A DNA stretch of 60,278 bases, filler included, from Stramenopiles sp. TOSAG23-6 (GCA_900128565.1; 14 parts of 14 records of this genome joined end to end with filler, not necessarily neighbours in it), one strand, 5' to 3'; numbered from the whole stretch's first letter, positions 46,443-58,571 are shown. A program made the numbers and translations. The notes: generated from the letters alone by a model not told the origin.

Positions 46443-47279
46443 TTATAAAACACAAATAGTAGTCACAAGAAATTGTACAATTTCATTTTCCCATGTTTTC
46501 AAAATTGTAGGGTTAGGGTTTGTTGTTGTATATAGTTTCGTCTCAAATAATTTTGGTTTTGTTTTTTTCAATATTTGTATCATATCTACTATATTTTTAA
46601 ATGTGATACTATGTGTATGAGGGTTAGGGTTAGTTTTTTTTTGAGTTGTGGATTTCATTGCACACGAAATCTCATACATTTTTTCATTTTGTAGAATAGT
46701 AAAAATTTTTGTTGTCCAAATTGAAAAAATATTTTCATATAAAATGGAACAATCCTGTTTTTTTATCACATGAGTTGTACAAAATTCATAAATGGTTGAA
46801 TCCATTGTTTGTTTACCATTTACTAAAGGTATTTGTATTGTCACTGTATCTGAATTCAATTGAAATGAAAAAATGACGTCATCGTTTTCTTTCAATGTTT
46901 CAAAAATATTTTTATGATTTCGTGTTTTTGTTGAAATTGTTTTGAAAATTTGGTCAATTATTTGACAAATTGAGATTGAAATAGTTTCAAAATCACAAAC
47001 AAAATGTAGTACATTATTTTGTATTTTTTGTATTTTGAGATTATTTTGTGTTTTAAGATTATTTTGTGTTTTGAGATTTTTTTGTGTCTCATCGGTGATA
47101 TTGGAGTTATTGGAGATATTCATTAATTGTATCCAACCACTTGAATTTGATTTTGCTCGACCCATTCTTTCTTTTTGTATTATATTACCAATATAATGCT
47201 GTAATTTATTTAAACAAATTGAACGTTCTATTGAATGTGCATAAATAGCACACACTATATTCGAAATTGCAATGATATC
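46443..47279 (-). CDS. Terminal exon of unknown AT-rich gene
   Basis: Long ORF after a partial intron ending CAATACAT at 47280. Confidence 0.5.
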   Translation of the reverse strand, partial: DIIAISNIVCAIYAHSIERSICLNKLQHYIGNIIQKERMGRAKSNSSGWIQLMNISNNSNITDETQKNLKTQNNLKTQNNLKIQKIQNNVLHFVCDFETISISICQIIDQIFKTISTKTRNHKNIFETLKENDDVIFSFQLNSDTVTIQIPLVNGKQTMDSTIYEFCTTHVIKKQDCSILYENIFSIWTTKIFTILQNEKMYEISCAMKSTTQKKTNPNPHTHSITFKNIVDMIQILKKTKPKLFETKLYTTTNPNPTILKTWENEIVQFLVTTICVL

Positions 47280-47331
47280 ATGTATTGTGTGAATTTTTTT
47301 TTTTTTTTTTTTTTTTTTTTGGGAAAAAATT

Positions 47332-47372
<41 letters not shown>

Positions 47373-47526
47373 NNNNNNNNNNNNNNNNNNNNNNNNNNNN
47401 NNNNNNNNNNNNNNNNTTAATTAATTAANNNNNNNNNNNNNNNNNNNNNNNNNNNNNNNNNNNNNNNNNNNNTTGTACCTAACGATTTTTTTTAGATTTT
47501 TTTTGAAATATTTTTCCAAAATACAT

Positions 47527-50500
47527 ATTCAATCAATAGATGCTGGCCANGAGTCTGTTGTTGCAATTTTAAAAGATGAAATTGAAATATTAAATAAAGA
47601 TTCTTTACAATTGCGAAAAGACGTCACAAATTTAAAAGAGAAATCTTCAAAAAGTTCATCGAATTTAAGCGAAGCTATACAACAACATAAAGAAGAAATT
47701 GTAAAAATTAAAATTGAAAATGAAAACAAAATGAAAAAACAAAAAAATGAATGTGAAGACAAAGTCCACAATTTAGAAACTCAAGTATCAGAATGGAAAA
47801 AAACACATGAAATTATAGTACAAAAATTTGATTCTAGAGAACAAACTCTTCTTGAAAATCAGAAATCGATTACAGTCCATGTTTGTTTTATTTTTTTTTT
47901 CAATTTTTAAAAAAAAAAAATTTGGTTTTTCGTACGACATTTTGTACCTAACAAAAAAATCGAATTTTTAATTTTTTTTCACAAAACATCATCAAAAACA
48001 AATTTCGGATTTGACTATACGACTAAAAAACGAAAACAATTTAGCAATAGAACGGTTACAATCGAATCATCTGGAAGAAATGGCAAAGCTGCAAAAAGAA
48101 AGATATTCTTTAAAAGTTGAATTGTCAACCTACATTCAAAAGTTGAATGATGCAAAAGTTGAAACAAAGGCTCTGCAGAGTAATAGTGTAGATGATGAAA
48201 ATCGGTTGAATACGCAAGTATTGCAGTTAGAAGATTTACTCGAGGATACTATAAAAAAACACGAAATCGTATTGAAAGAGAAATCAGCATCGCATTCGGA
48301 TGCTATAGCTAAATTATGTGAGAAATATACTCTAGAATTAGAAAAGTTACGTCAAACATCAAAGTCAAATTATCAAACCGAACTCGATACAATTCATGAA
48401 AATCATTTGAATACATCGAAACAATTAGAAATGAAGGTGTATGTTTTATATGAATTTCTAATTTAAGTTTTTTTCATACGAAATTTCGTACCTAACGATT
48501 TTTTTTTGAAATATTTTTTCACAATACGTCATTGAATGGAAAACAAAGTACGAAAATGACGTTCAAAAAAATGAAATAAAATTTGAGGAAGAAAAGAAAC
48601 ATCATACATTAGAAATTTCACATATTTTGAAAGAGCATAAACATACAATAACATGCTTACAACAAAAATATTCTGTGGATGTTGAACGCTTAGCTCAGCA
48701 TTATAGCAACCGCACAGACCAAGTTCAGAAAATAGCTGGAAGTTATAGAAAGGAAGTCAAACGCCTTGAGAATGAAGTAGATGAATGGAAAATGAATCAT
48801 AATCGTCTGATTGAGGAGCATGTAAGTTCTCGTTTTTTTTTCAATTTTTTTTTTTCAATTTTTTTTTATAAAAATGTTGTACCTAACAAAAAAAAATGAA
48901 ATATTTTTACAGTACATGAATCTGATGAAAAAGAGAGGATTGCGACATTTCAAGATACACTTCAGCGACTCGCCGATCNTCACAAAGATGAACTTTCAAG
49001 ATACGTTGAACAATTTGAAAATGAGAAAGCTATTTCATTGAATAGATTACAAGATTCACATAATGATGAGGTGACACGTGTCCGATTACAAATTACAAAT
49101 TCACAGAATTCACTTTCAGATGTAACGGCAACTCTTGAAGAAAAGCACAAAACCGTCCTGCTAGAAAAAGAACAAAATTACCGCNATAAAGAAGCAAAGT
49201 TGATTCTTGAGCATAATCATGAGAAAGAGAAAGTTTTATCTGACTTGAGAAAACAACATTCNATAGAGATAGACCGCTTAAACACGCAAATTCGTCGTTG
49301 GAAAAGTTCTTATGACGATGCTCTCGTAAGGAACGATCTTATTCTTGTGGAGGGAGAAAAAATAAGGAAAGATGAAATGTCTGGTATTACACAAAAATTT
49401 GAAGAGGATTGTAAAGAATTGAAATTGAAATTCGAAATAGAAAAAAAAAGCGCCATTGAACAACACGAAATAAAAAATAAATCAGATCTATCTCGAATGG
49501 AAAGAATGGCTACAATGTGGAAAGACTCTCATTATAAAGCAACTCAACAACATGAAATTTCATTGAAAGAGCTCAAAAGAGATCACGATGAATTGGTCAA
49601 AGAAAACCATCAGCTTCAATTGGAAGCACTACAATTTCGTAATCAATACATTGATCAAAGCTCCAACTATGAACGAACTTGTAAAATGAGTGATATAAGA
49701 AAGATTAAAGAAGAGTTGTACGAATATAAAAAAACTTCTGTATCTCTTGAGAAATACAAGAACGATATGAAACAAAAAGATGATACATGTATGTTTTATT
49801 TTTTTTTTCAATTTTGATTTTTTTTCGTACGGAATTTTGTACCTAACGAATTTTTTTAGAATTTTTTGAAATATTTTTCCATGATACATATTCAAAAGAA
49901 ATTATACAAATGCAAAAAGACAATAAAAAAATAATTTTGGAGATGGAAAGAAACAAAAAAACACTTGAAAATTCGNTAGCTACGAAAATTNGTACCGATT
50001 CATCAGTTCATTCTCAAATTGATGAAAAAATGAAAATTAAAGCAATTATTTCAGGACAAACNTTTTTGAGTACAGACGATTCAAAAACAACTGATGAGCT
50101 TCAGTGTAATGTATGTTTTATTTTTTTATTTCGATTTTTTTTCATACNAAATTTCATACCTAACGTTTTTTTTTTTTNAAATATTTTTTCATAATCCATA
50201 TAAACAAAGTTAAGAATTTTCAAATCGTTGTGAATGAATGGAAATGTAAATATGATGATGTTTTGAACAGAAACAAAAGTTTGATTTGTAAACATGAAAA
50301 TGTATGTTTTTTTTTTTGTATGAATTTTTTTTTTATAAAAATTTTGTACCTAACAAAATTATTTTTTTTTGAAATATTTTTTCACAATACATGTAATTTC
50401 AATGTTGCAGGAGTCGCATAAAAATACATTACAAATGGTGACAGATAGCTTGATGAAAGAGTTTACCATTGAAAAAACGACNGTGGAAAAAATGTGTAAA

Positions 50501-51574
50501 GATTCTCATGAAAATTTGGTACTCGTTTTGGTACAAAATTGTAAGAAAAAATACGAAGAGGAAATCAAAGAATTTCAGTGTACAATTCAAATAATGAAAG
50601 AAAATTATGAAAAGTGTAAAAAAGAACTTGAGATTCTAGATGAGAAGCACCAAATGTATTGTAAACAAACATTGGAAAGTCAAACTAANGAGTATTCAAA
50701 ATTAGAAACTGACTCTATTGCAAAGATTAATTCTTTGCGACAAGAAAAGTTTTTATTGGAAGAAAACCTTAAAAATATAAAAGAAACACACCGAGATGAG
50801 ATAGCTACCATTCAGTTGAAGAGTGCATCATCTGACGATTCATTGAAAATAGCTTTACANACTCAAAATGAAAAAATCAATGAACTTATTGCACAAAGTT
50901 TGAAACATGAAAAATCGGAAAGTTTTCATACAAGTACCATACAAAAGTACGAGGCTCAATTAAAATCCATGCAAGAAACAATAAAGAAAAAATCTGAGCT
51001 GCGGCGTACGACNGATCGTCATAATAAAAATCAGATTTTATTATTGGAGGAAAATATTTCAGAATGCTTACAAGAACAAAAACTTGTAAAAAAAAGGTAT
51101 GAAGAAAATCTTGCCAAACTTGAAGAGAAACTTAATGATAAAGAAACCATTTTGAAAAATGTAAATGCACAACACCTCAATACTGTTGATGATTTACATC
51201 GCAAAATAGCTGAAATCTCAAAGGAATATAAAGCTTCCCTTGAAACATATCAAACAAAAAATGATGAACTCAGTGAAACTATAACTACTTGTAAGAAAGC
51301 TAATTCCCAATTAGAAAGAAAAATGATGGAAAGACTCAATAATTTAAAAAAAAAACAAGATGTTGAAATGACGAAAAGATTGAATTACATAAAAAAATCA
51401 CAAGATATTGAAATATCAGAGATAATTGCCAAACATAAGTCAAATATTGCGTCACTGAAAAAATCCCAGAATTTGGTTAAAACACAAGAACTGAGGGAAC
51501 AGTTTGAAATTTATGAAAAAGAATTAAACAATGTTAGAAATGATCTCTGTGTTGCAAATGAGAGAATTCAACGT
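47527..51574 (+). CDS. Long coiled-coil protein, internal fragment, 7 exons
   Basis: Six consecutive family introns all splice in frame. Confidence 0.8.
47881..47989 (+). mobile_element. Introner-like intron GT..AT (109 nt)
   Basis: AT|GTTTGT...CAAAACAT|; in frame. Confidence 0.8.
48439..48529 (+). mobile_element. Introner-like intron GT..GT (91 nt)
   Basis: GT|GTATGT...CAATACGT|; gives EMKVIEWK. Confidence 0.82.
48822..48917 (+). mobile_element. Introner-like intron GT..AT (96 nt)
   Basis: AT|GTAAGT...CAGTACAT|; using the CAG leads to a premature stop. Confidence 0.8.
49789..49889 (+). mobile_element. Introner-like intron GT..AT (101 nt)
   Basis: ATGATACAT|GTATGT...ATGATACAT|; in frame. 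Confidence 0.82.
50111..50199 (+). mobile_element. Introner-like intron GT..AT (89 nt)
   Basis: AT|GTATGT...TAATCCAT|; in frame. Confidence 0.8.
50302..50392 (+). mobile_element. Introner-like intron GT..AT (91 nt)
   Basis: AT|GTATGT...CAATACAT|; in frame. Confidence 0.82.
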
Positions 51575-51776
51575 GTATGTACGTTTTATTTTTTTTCAAT
51601 TTCGAATTTATGTTTTTATAAAAATTTTGTACCTAACAAATTTTAGTTTTTTTTTTTGAAATATTTTTCCAAAATANNNNNNNNNNNNNNNNNNNNNNNN
51701 NNNNNNNNNNNNNNNNNNNNTTAATTAATTAANNNNNNNNNNNNNNNNNNNNNNNNNNNNNNNNNNNNNNNNNNNN

Positions 51777-52746
51777 ATAAATGGATGGGTAAATCGGAGA
51801 AAGGTGATTCAACAAAAAATGACAAATCAAAGTTTGTAGCAATGTCTTTGTTGTATCAAAGAGAAAGCCAAAAGCCGGATTGGCCGAATACACTAAAAAC
51901 GTTGAAGGAAGCGGCGAAAAACAACGGTACTTTGAAGAATATTGAAAATGAAGCTGATAAATGGATGGGTAAATCGGAGAAAGGTGATTCAACAAAAAAT
52001 GACAAATCAAAGTTTATAGCAATGTCTTTGTTGTATCAAAGAGAAACCCAAAAGCCGGATTGGCCCAATACACTAAAAATGATGAAAAAACAAGCGGAGA
52101 GCAATGATACTTTGAAGAATATTGAAAATGAAGCTGATAAATGGATGAGTAAATTCGAGAAAGGCGGTTCAGCAACAAATGACAAGTCAAAGTTTGTAGC
52201 AATGTCTTTGCATGTTTTATTTTTTTTTAAATTTGAGTTTTTTTTTCGTACGAATTTTTGTACCTAACGATTTTTTTTTGAAATATTTTTCCAAAATACT
52301 TGTTGTATCAGAGAGACATTCAGAAAGAAAATTGGCCTACAATTTTCAAAACGTTAAAGGAAGAACAGGCTAGTAGCATGGATTTAATATTAAAAGAAGC
52401 TTTAAAAATGAAACAAATATTGGAAACGGGAGCAACTAAAGCACAACCAGCAGAATCTCAAGGCAGCGACGACAATATTGAAGAAAAGGCAAAACATTTG
52501 ATGAATAAATTGAAACTTGGATTGGATACCTCTGAAGGTTCAACCGAATCGGTGAATGAAGGAATAGATCAAGCAAAATTGGATGAGTGTATTTCTCATA
52601 TCAAAACGGAAGTAACAAAGAAAAATTTTCATNTAATTTTTAAGCGTCATAAAAAAGAAATGGGCTGTAATATTTTATCATTGGCAAAAAATACGTTACT
52701 ACANGAAGGTTATAAATGTTTCTGTAACAATGCTAGTAAAAAATAA
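51777..52746 (+). CDS. Protein with 60-aa (180-bp) tandem repeats, 5' partial
   Basis: KWMGKSEKGDSTKNDKSKFVAMSLLYQRE units; third unit interrupted. Confidence 0.75.
52210..52301 (+). mobile_element. Introner-like intron GC..TT (92 nt)
   Basis: TT|GCATGT...AAAATACTT|; the empty site is visible in two preceding repeat units. Confidence 0.92.
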
Positions 52747-52918
52747 TTTATTATAGCATTGAAAGAAATAAAAATAATTTATTATAGCACTGAAAGAAAT
52801 AAATTTATATTTCTAACGATATTGAACAACTGACTTATTGCATTATATATAATATGAAATTTCTAACGATATTGAATAACTGATTTATTCCATTATATAT
52901 AATATGAAATTTTATTTA

Positions 52919-54641
52919 TTACATTATAAATGCTCTAACAAGATTCTCTACTTTAAATTTTTTCCCTGTAGTTGGACAAATTACATGACTACCTCCATTT
53001 ATTTTCGCAGACAAATCCATCCAAGATTTACTAAAGACTTCGCCATTAGGTAACACCATTGGAGGATTTTTCTCATCCATTGGTAATTTTGAAGCCCTAC
53101 AGACAAGTCGCGTATGTATTATAAAAAAATATTTCAAAAATTTGATTTTTTTTGATTTTTCAGTTAGGTACAGAATTCCGTATGAAAAAAAAATAAATTT
53201 AATTTTGAAAACATGCATGTGAAAGACGAGTCGATGGAAGTGGTTTTGTAAGTTCTCCTAGTACACTATCACAACAAGGACATTCAACTNATTTCGTGTT
53301 TTTATTGAAACATGCAGGACCTTTCAAAGCACCTGTATTGTTAAAAAGTANTAAAAGATAAAAAAAATAAAAGTCGTTTGGTACAAATTTTTCCGACCAA
53401 AAAAAAATTAAAGGTAGGGTTAGGGTTTGTTGAAAAAACGTACTTAGTCCTGCTTCTAAATGTAAAGATAGTAAAGAAAAATACGATATACCGAATATTT
53501 TCCTAAAACTAGTATCAAATAATTGAGTAATAATATTCCACCGTGACGGACAAAATAAATCAGAATATGCCTCAGGGATGTATTTCGGAAAAATATTTCA
53601 AAAAAAAAATTAAAAATTTATTAGGTACAAAATTTCGTACGAAAAATAATTTCGATTTTTTTTTACCGGAAAAAAAAAAAAATAAAACGTACATTGTTGA
53701 TTCAAGAGATTCACTGGAAGGACTTGTAAATGCTAGGGTTGTCCTAGACTATTAAAACAATATTTTTCAAAAATTTAAAATTTGTTAAAAAGATATTTTC
53801 TAAAAATTTAAAATTTGTTCAATGTGCTAGTACTACAATTGAAATTATAGGAATAGAAAAAAAAAATTAAAAAAAAATTAAAAAAAAATTAAAAAAAAAT
53901 GTTAAGTACAAAATTAAGTACGAAAAAAAAAATGTAGATGAAAACGTACATTACTCTTTGTACTGTCTGTAATTGATCTGGGTTTGAAGATGCATCTTGA
54001 AAATATTTCCGCGCTATGATAATTGCTTTTGATCTCTCACCTTTCCGAACATGTTCTATAAACTCTTGTACACGAAGATGAAATTCTAGATTGCTTTTAA
54101 TCCGTCTTAGTTTTGACTTATTTTCTTCAACCCACTGAAAAGCTAATTTAAATTCTTTTCTCCGCAAACTCTCTCGGATTCGTCTCGCTTCTTCCCAAAG
54201 TTTATAATCAGTCAAGTCTTCAATATNACAATAATTAGCAAGTAAACGAGCACTTTGGAATTTTCCAGTTTGAAGGAAGTGTTCTAATAATAAAATAGTA
54301 ATTCTATGCTTNGAAACGTCAGCAGGGTTATTGATGTGTTGAATTCGTTTTTGGACGGTCTGGAGACATTCTTTTTCTCTTTTATCAAATATAGTCTGCT
54401 GNTTCTTTAATTCTGATAAACGCGAATNTATTTCACTCAACCGAGCTAATACGTCCGCATTTGTTTTATCTCTATTTATTTGTACAAGTTCTTTGATTTG
54501 TTTCACTGTCGCTACAACTTTCTTTTCAGTGGTTCGCTGAGAAATTCTAAAATTACGGGAAAAGTTTTCAAATGGAACTCGTAAAAATGATCTGTCCATC
54601 GGGAACTCATCATTCAGTGTACGTGGTGTCTTTTTCTCCAT
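52919..54641 (-). CDS. MAEA: MAEA/Fyv10 (GID/CTLH E3 ligase subunit), 5 exons
   Basis: LRVPFE, SNLEFHLRVQEFIE, LEAGLSALK, RLVC...NPPMVLPNG; introns 53744-53949, 53578-53692, 53333-53443, 53114-53216. Confidence 0.9.
53114..53216 (-). mobile_element. Introner-like intron GC..AT (103 nt)
   Basis: AT|GCATGT...TAATACAT|; gives LSHTRLVC. Confidence 0.88.
53333..53443 (-). other. Family intron with canonical GT..AG ends (111 nt)
   Basis: AA|GTACGT...CAATACAG|; gives EAGLSALK. Confidence 0.88.
53578..53692 (-). mobile_element. Introner-like intron GT..AT (115 nt)
   Basis: AT|GTACGT...GAAATACAT|; in frame. Confidence 0.85.
53744..53949 (-). other. Degenerate family intron GT..AG (206 nt)
   Basis: AT|GTACGT...GTCTAG|; gives QRVMTTLAF. 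Confidence 0.8.
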
Positions 54642-54787
54642 GAAATGAAATGAGTTGTGACAGATATTTTGTCTTTTGTTGATGTGTGTGTGTGTAATAC
54701 TTTTTTAAACTAATAAACAAACAAACAGTATCTTTCTTTCTTTTTCTTTTTCTCTGTGACCCAGAATTTGAAGAAGAATTTTCCTCA

Positions 54788-54803
54788 AAACCCTAACCCT
54801 AAC
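54788..54803. promoter_or_regulatory. Telomere-like AAACCCTAACCCTAAC box in divergent promoter
   Basis: Between MAEA (-) and MORN gene (+). Confidence 0.4.
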
Positions 54804-55043
54804 GCTAATCGAAATCTCAGATCCGAATGATGTCGTTCCTACCCCGAAGATTTGTTTTTTTTTGGATACTTTGTTTTTGATTTTTAGTTTTATTATTTTG
54901 TGCATTACACAGGTTGCAATCACGAAAGGTTATCNCAGCCAGTCTATTTATTCGTGAACCAAGTGTGCTGTGTATAATATTTTGAATATATTGATATAGT
55001 TGGAAGAAAATCCAAATCGTAAACTACATACGTTGAAATTACA

Positions 55044-55894
55044 ATGCAATATTCAGGTCAGATACAAGACGGTAAGATGCATGGGAAAGGCACGCTTATA
55101 TATCAAAATGGAGAAAAATACCAAGGTGATTGGGTAATGGGGAAACGCCATGGCGTTGGATCATATATTTATCTTGATGGGGGTAGATACGAAGGCGAAT
55201 GGGTTGATGACAGGATTACAGGAAAGGGGAAAAGTATATACGCAAATAAAAACGTTTATGTTGGAGACTGGGCAGATGGTAATATTTCGGGGTTTGGTGT
55301 ACTGACCTATGTTGATGGCGATAAGTACGAAGGAGAATGGGCATCTAATCAAATGCATGGTAATGGAACTTATTTTTACGCAAGTGGAGATATGTATAAG
55401 GGCGAATGGAGAAACGATAAACGGCATGGTAGAGGGGTAGTTTCTTACATGCAAATGTATGTTTTATTTTTTTTAATTTCGAATTTATTATTTTTTTCGT
55501 ACGAAATTTTGTACCTAACGAATTTTTTTTCAATTTAGAATTTATTTTTCCAAAATACATAGATGGTAAAACGGTTGCTGAGAAATACGATGGTGAATGG
55601 TCCTGTGGAAAGATGCATGGAAATGGAAAATATTATTATTCTGATGGAGGAATATATGAAGGCCAATGGGTTGACTCAAAAATGGTCGGGAAAGGAACGT
55701 ATTTGTTTGCTAATGGCAATAAATATGAAGGCGATTGGAAAAATGACGTAAAAGATGGTCACGGCATACTCACTTACGTGAATGGAGAGCGATTCGATGG
55801 AAATTGGAAAAATGATAAAGCACATGGATTGGGCTCTATTATATATGTATCTGGTGATAAATTTTCTGGGAATTGGGTAGAAGGTAAAAAACAT
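55044..55894 (+). CDS. MORN-repeat protein, 3' partial
   Basis: Repeated YEGEW..D..HG.G...Y. Confidence 0.9.
55457..55560 (+). mobile_element. Introner-like intron GT..AT (104 nt)
   Basis: AT|GTATGT...AAAATACAT|; gives [18 protein letters not shown]. Confidence 0.88.
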
Positions 55895-56269
55895 GTATGT
55901 TTTATTTTTTTTCAAATTGGAGTTTTTTTTTTCGTACGAAATTTTGTACCTAACAAATTTTTTAGAATTTTTTTTGANNNNNNNNNNNNNNNNNNNNNNN
56001 NNNNNNNNNNNNNNNNNNNNNTTAATTAATTAANNNNNNNNNNNNNNNNNNNNNNNNNNNNNNNNNNNNNNNNNNNNACCATTTTTTCCAAAAATCCTTA
56101 ATCTTCAAAAAAAATCAGATCTGTGCGCGGTGTGATAGCAAATATTTAGTATTATTTACGCGACTGTTCGTACTACAATAAATACAGTACTACCTCTACT
56201 TTTTCACGGACGACGAGGCGGAAAGTAAAATCAATCATCTAACAAAAGCAAACATTACACAAATAAGAA

Positions 56270-57346
56270 ATGAATTTGTTGTTTACCTTGTTACTGTTTA
56301 CTTCTGTAAATGTCTCTTTATGTGATCAACACGTAGACTACCACAAATTAAATCTGAATGATTTGCAAAAGCTTCTGAAAAAGCGACGTCTCAATTGCTT
56401 AGCCTGTACTTCACGTGACCATTTAGTGCAACGTTTGGAAAAGGACGATAATAAGAAAAAACAACAAAAAAAGGGTAAAAAGAAGAAACCAAAATATGGA
56501 AAGAAGGATAAAAAACAGAAACGAAAACAACGAAAGAAACAAAAAGGGAGCTCGTCAAATTATCAGTTATTACACTATTTCAATACGGCCAGAGACCAAA
56601 TTATGAAGCTGTACTCTGAAAACACGATTTATTTTCTATGTGGGGTCAATATCTTTATATTTCTGCTTTGGCTAGTACCTTCATTTGTACCATTTCTTCT
56701 TGTACACACAACGTTTCGATTTCCTCCTTCTGCTCTGGCTGTAGTGTTTTGCACCTTTTCTCATGCTTCATTAATGCATCTAGTATTTAATATGACTTTA
56801 TTGTGTAATGCTGGTCCAGTCTTAGCTAGTGAATTAGAAATAATGGGTTATGATTATAACACATTTGTATTACTTTATATTTTAGTTGGAAATATATCAT
56901 TCTGTGCAGCTTGTTTGTTTTCATCATGAATTTGAAAAGTATTCTGAAATCTAAAGATTTCAAAGAAATTTCTTGAACCTAACAAAGTTCAATGTTTTGA
57001 AATATTATTGCACAATACATCTATATATAACTGGCGTAGTCGTTATAACAGACAGTATATGGGTGCGTCACCATCATGCCTTTTTATTTATTTATTATGT
57101 GCATTGATGAATCCAACTGATCGAGTTTTACTTTATAGTTTTGAGACAAATCGTCTCGTGTCTGCTTTCGCAATTTTAATTGTTGATATATTGATGTCTT
57201 CAAGTGCAGGTGCTGTGGATTATTCTACTCGTCTGAGTACTCTAGCATGCGCATTTTATATGTCACACTATTTACAACTAGATATTGTTCATTACAATAT
57301 GAACGATTTTATTAATGTATTCAAACAAGGTGTACCAAGAATTTGA
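56270..57346 (+). CDS. Rhomboid-family membrane protein with N-terminal signal and Lys-rich region (2 exons)
   Basis: FSHASLMHLVFNM and YMGAS; intron 56913-57020. Confidence 0.7.
56913..57020 (+). mobile_element. Family intron GT..AT (108 nt), diverged interior
   Basis: TT|GTTTGT...AACCTAAC...CAATACAT|; in frame. Confidence 0.75.
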
Positions 57347-57392
57347 TGTAAAACCGACACAACTTTTGAAAAGGTACAATTTTTTTTTTCGA

Positions 57393-57423
<31 letters not shown>

Positions 57424-57502
57424 TGAAATTCATAATGAAAACAAAACATAAATCATTATTATCAACTACTCGATTTATTCTTTATTAGTGATTATTGTTT
57501 TT

Positions 57503-58571
57503 TTAAAAATCAGAATATATACCATTTTTATCATCTTCAGTTACAACGAATGGAGGACATTTAGTGGAAGGGTCAATTTTAACAAAACCTTCGGAGTTAT
57601 GAAAAGTATGTATTGTACAACAATATTTTTTTAGTTGAAATTCGTTAGGTACAAAATTTTTATAAAAAACCAAAAAAAAAAAATAAATTTGAAATTCATG
57701 ATGAAAAACGTACGTAACGACCACGAATGTAATCCAACAAATCTTGAAAGTGTTCAAGAAAGACAATGCATAAATGTCGATGTGGATGAACTAATTCGTT
57801 TGTAGTCATTTTCCCATATAAAATACCGAGTATTATGTATAAAACAAAAAATAGTACAGCAAAAAATAAAATTTTTGTTGTCAAACTCCAGTCAGAGTTG
57901 TTGTTAGGGTTAGGGTTAAGCTTTGTCGAACACGCCAACTTTGTCTGAAATACTGCAATATATACGCATGCATCATTTTGTGTTACACTTGAAAGAAACA
58001 TATCTTTTTTACCACATTCGAAACTAATTTGAACGCTGTTTCTTTTTTGAAACTTTGGATAATCCAAATTTTTACATTTTTCTAAAGAAGAATTGTTCAT
58101 TAAGTCACCATCATATGAATAAGCAGCAGTGAAGTCTTCAAGTTGTGTTTCATTCACAGGTTTTGGAAATCCAGCACCCAAGACTGTACATCGTCTTGTA
58201 CATGCTTCGATTGAGTTAGTTATCTTGTCTGTACACTGCGAGTCTACAGGCAACTCCACAGACTCATCAGAAAACATTGTTGCGTATCCATATTGAAGAA
58301 CATACGGGTTATTACCTCTAGTATCTGGGGACAAACAGCTTGGTGCAAGAGTTCCAATACCAACATAAAATGTAATGTTTTCAAATGGAGACATACCTGT
58401 AACATTATACAATCCACAATAGGGTATCAACGTTTCTAAATCAAAAACAGAGCTTTCAAGTTGACTGGCTAAAAAGACTTCATCACACTTTGCAGTTTCA
58501 CTTGCAGCAGAGGCTACCTTTCCTAATAAAAGTGTGAATGTAACATAAAGCATGTATTGTAATAGTGACAT
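57503..58571 (-). CDS. ATG27/mannose-6-phosphate-receptor-like type I membrane protein (2 exons)
   Basis: Signal peptide, R.SVQISFECG...CVY.AVFQTKLAC, TM ...LYIILGILY, HPH. Confidence 0.65.
57608..57713 (-). mobile_element. Introner-like intron GT..AT (106 nt)
   Basis: AC|GTACGT...CAATACAT|; in frame. Confidence 0.78.

Noticed and set aside
52742-52912. Short intergenic tandem duplications (also ~58869-58996)
   Set aside because: Two-copy AT-rich slippage products with no further structure.
4241-56077. Regularly spaced TTAATTAATTAA flanked by N runs
   Set aside because: Artificial concatenation linker; genes on either side are not neighbours, so no cluster inference across linkers.
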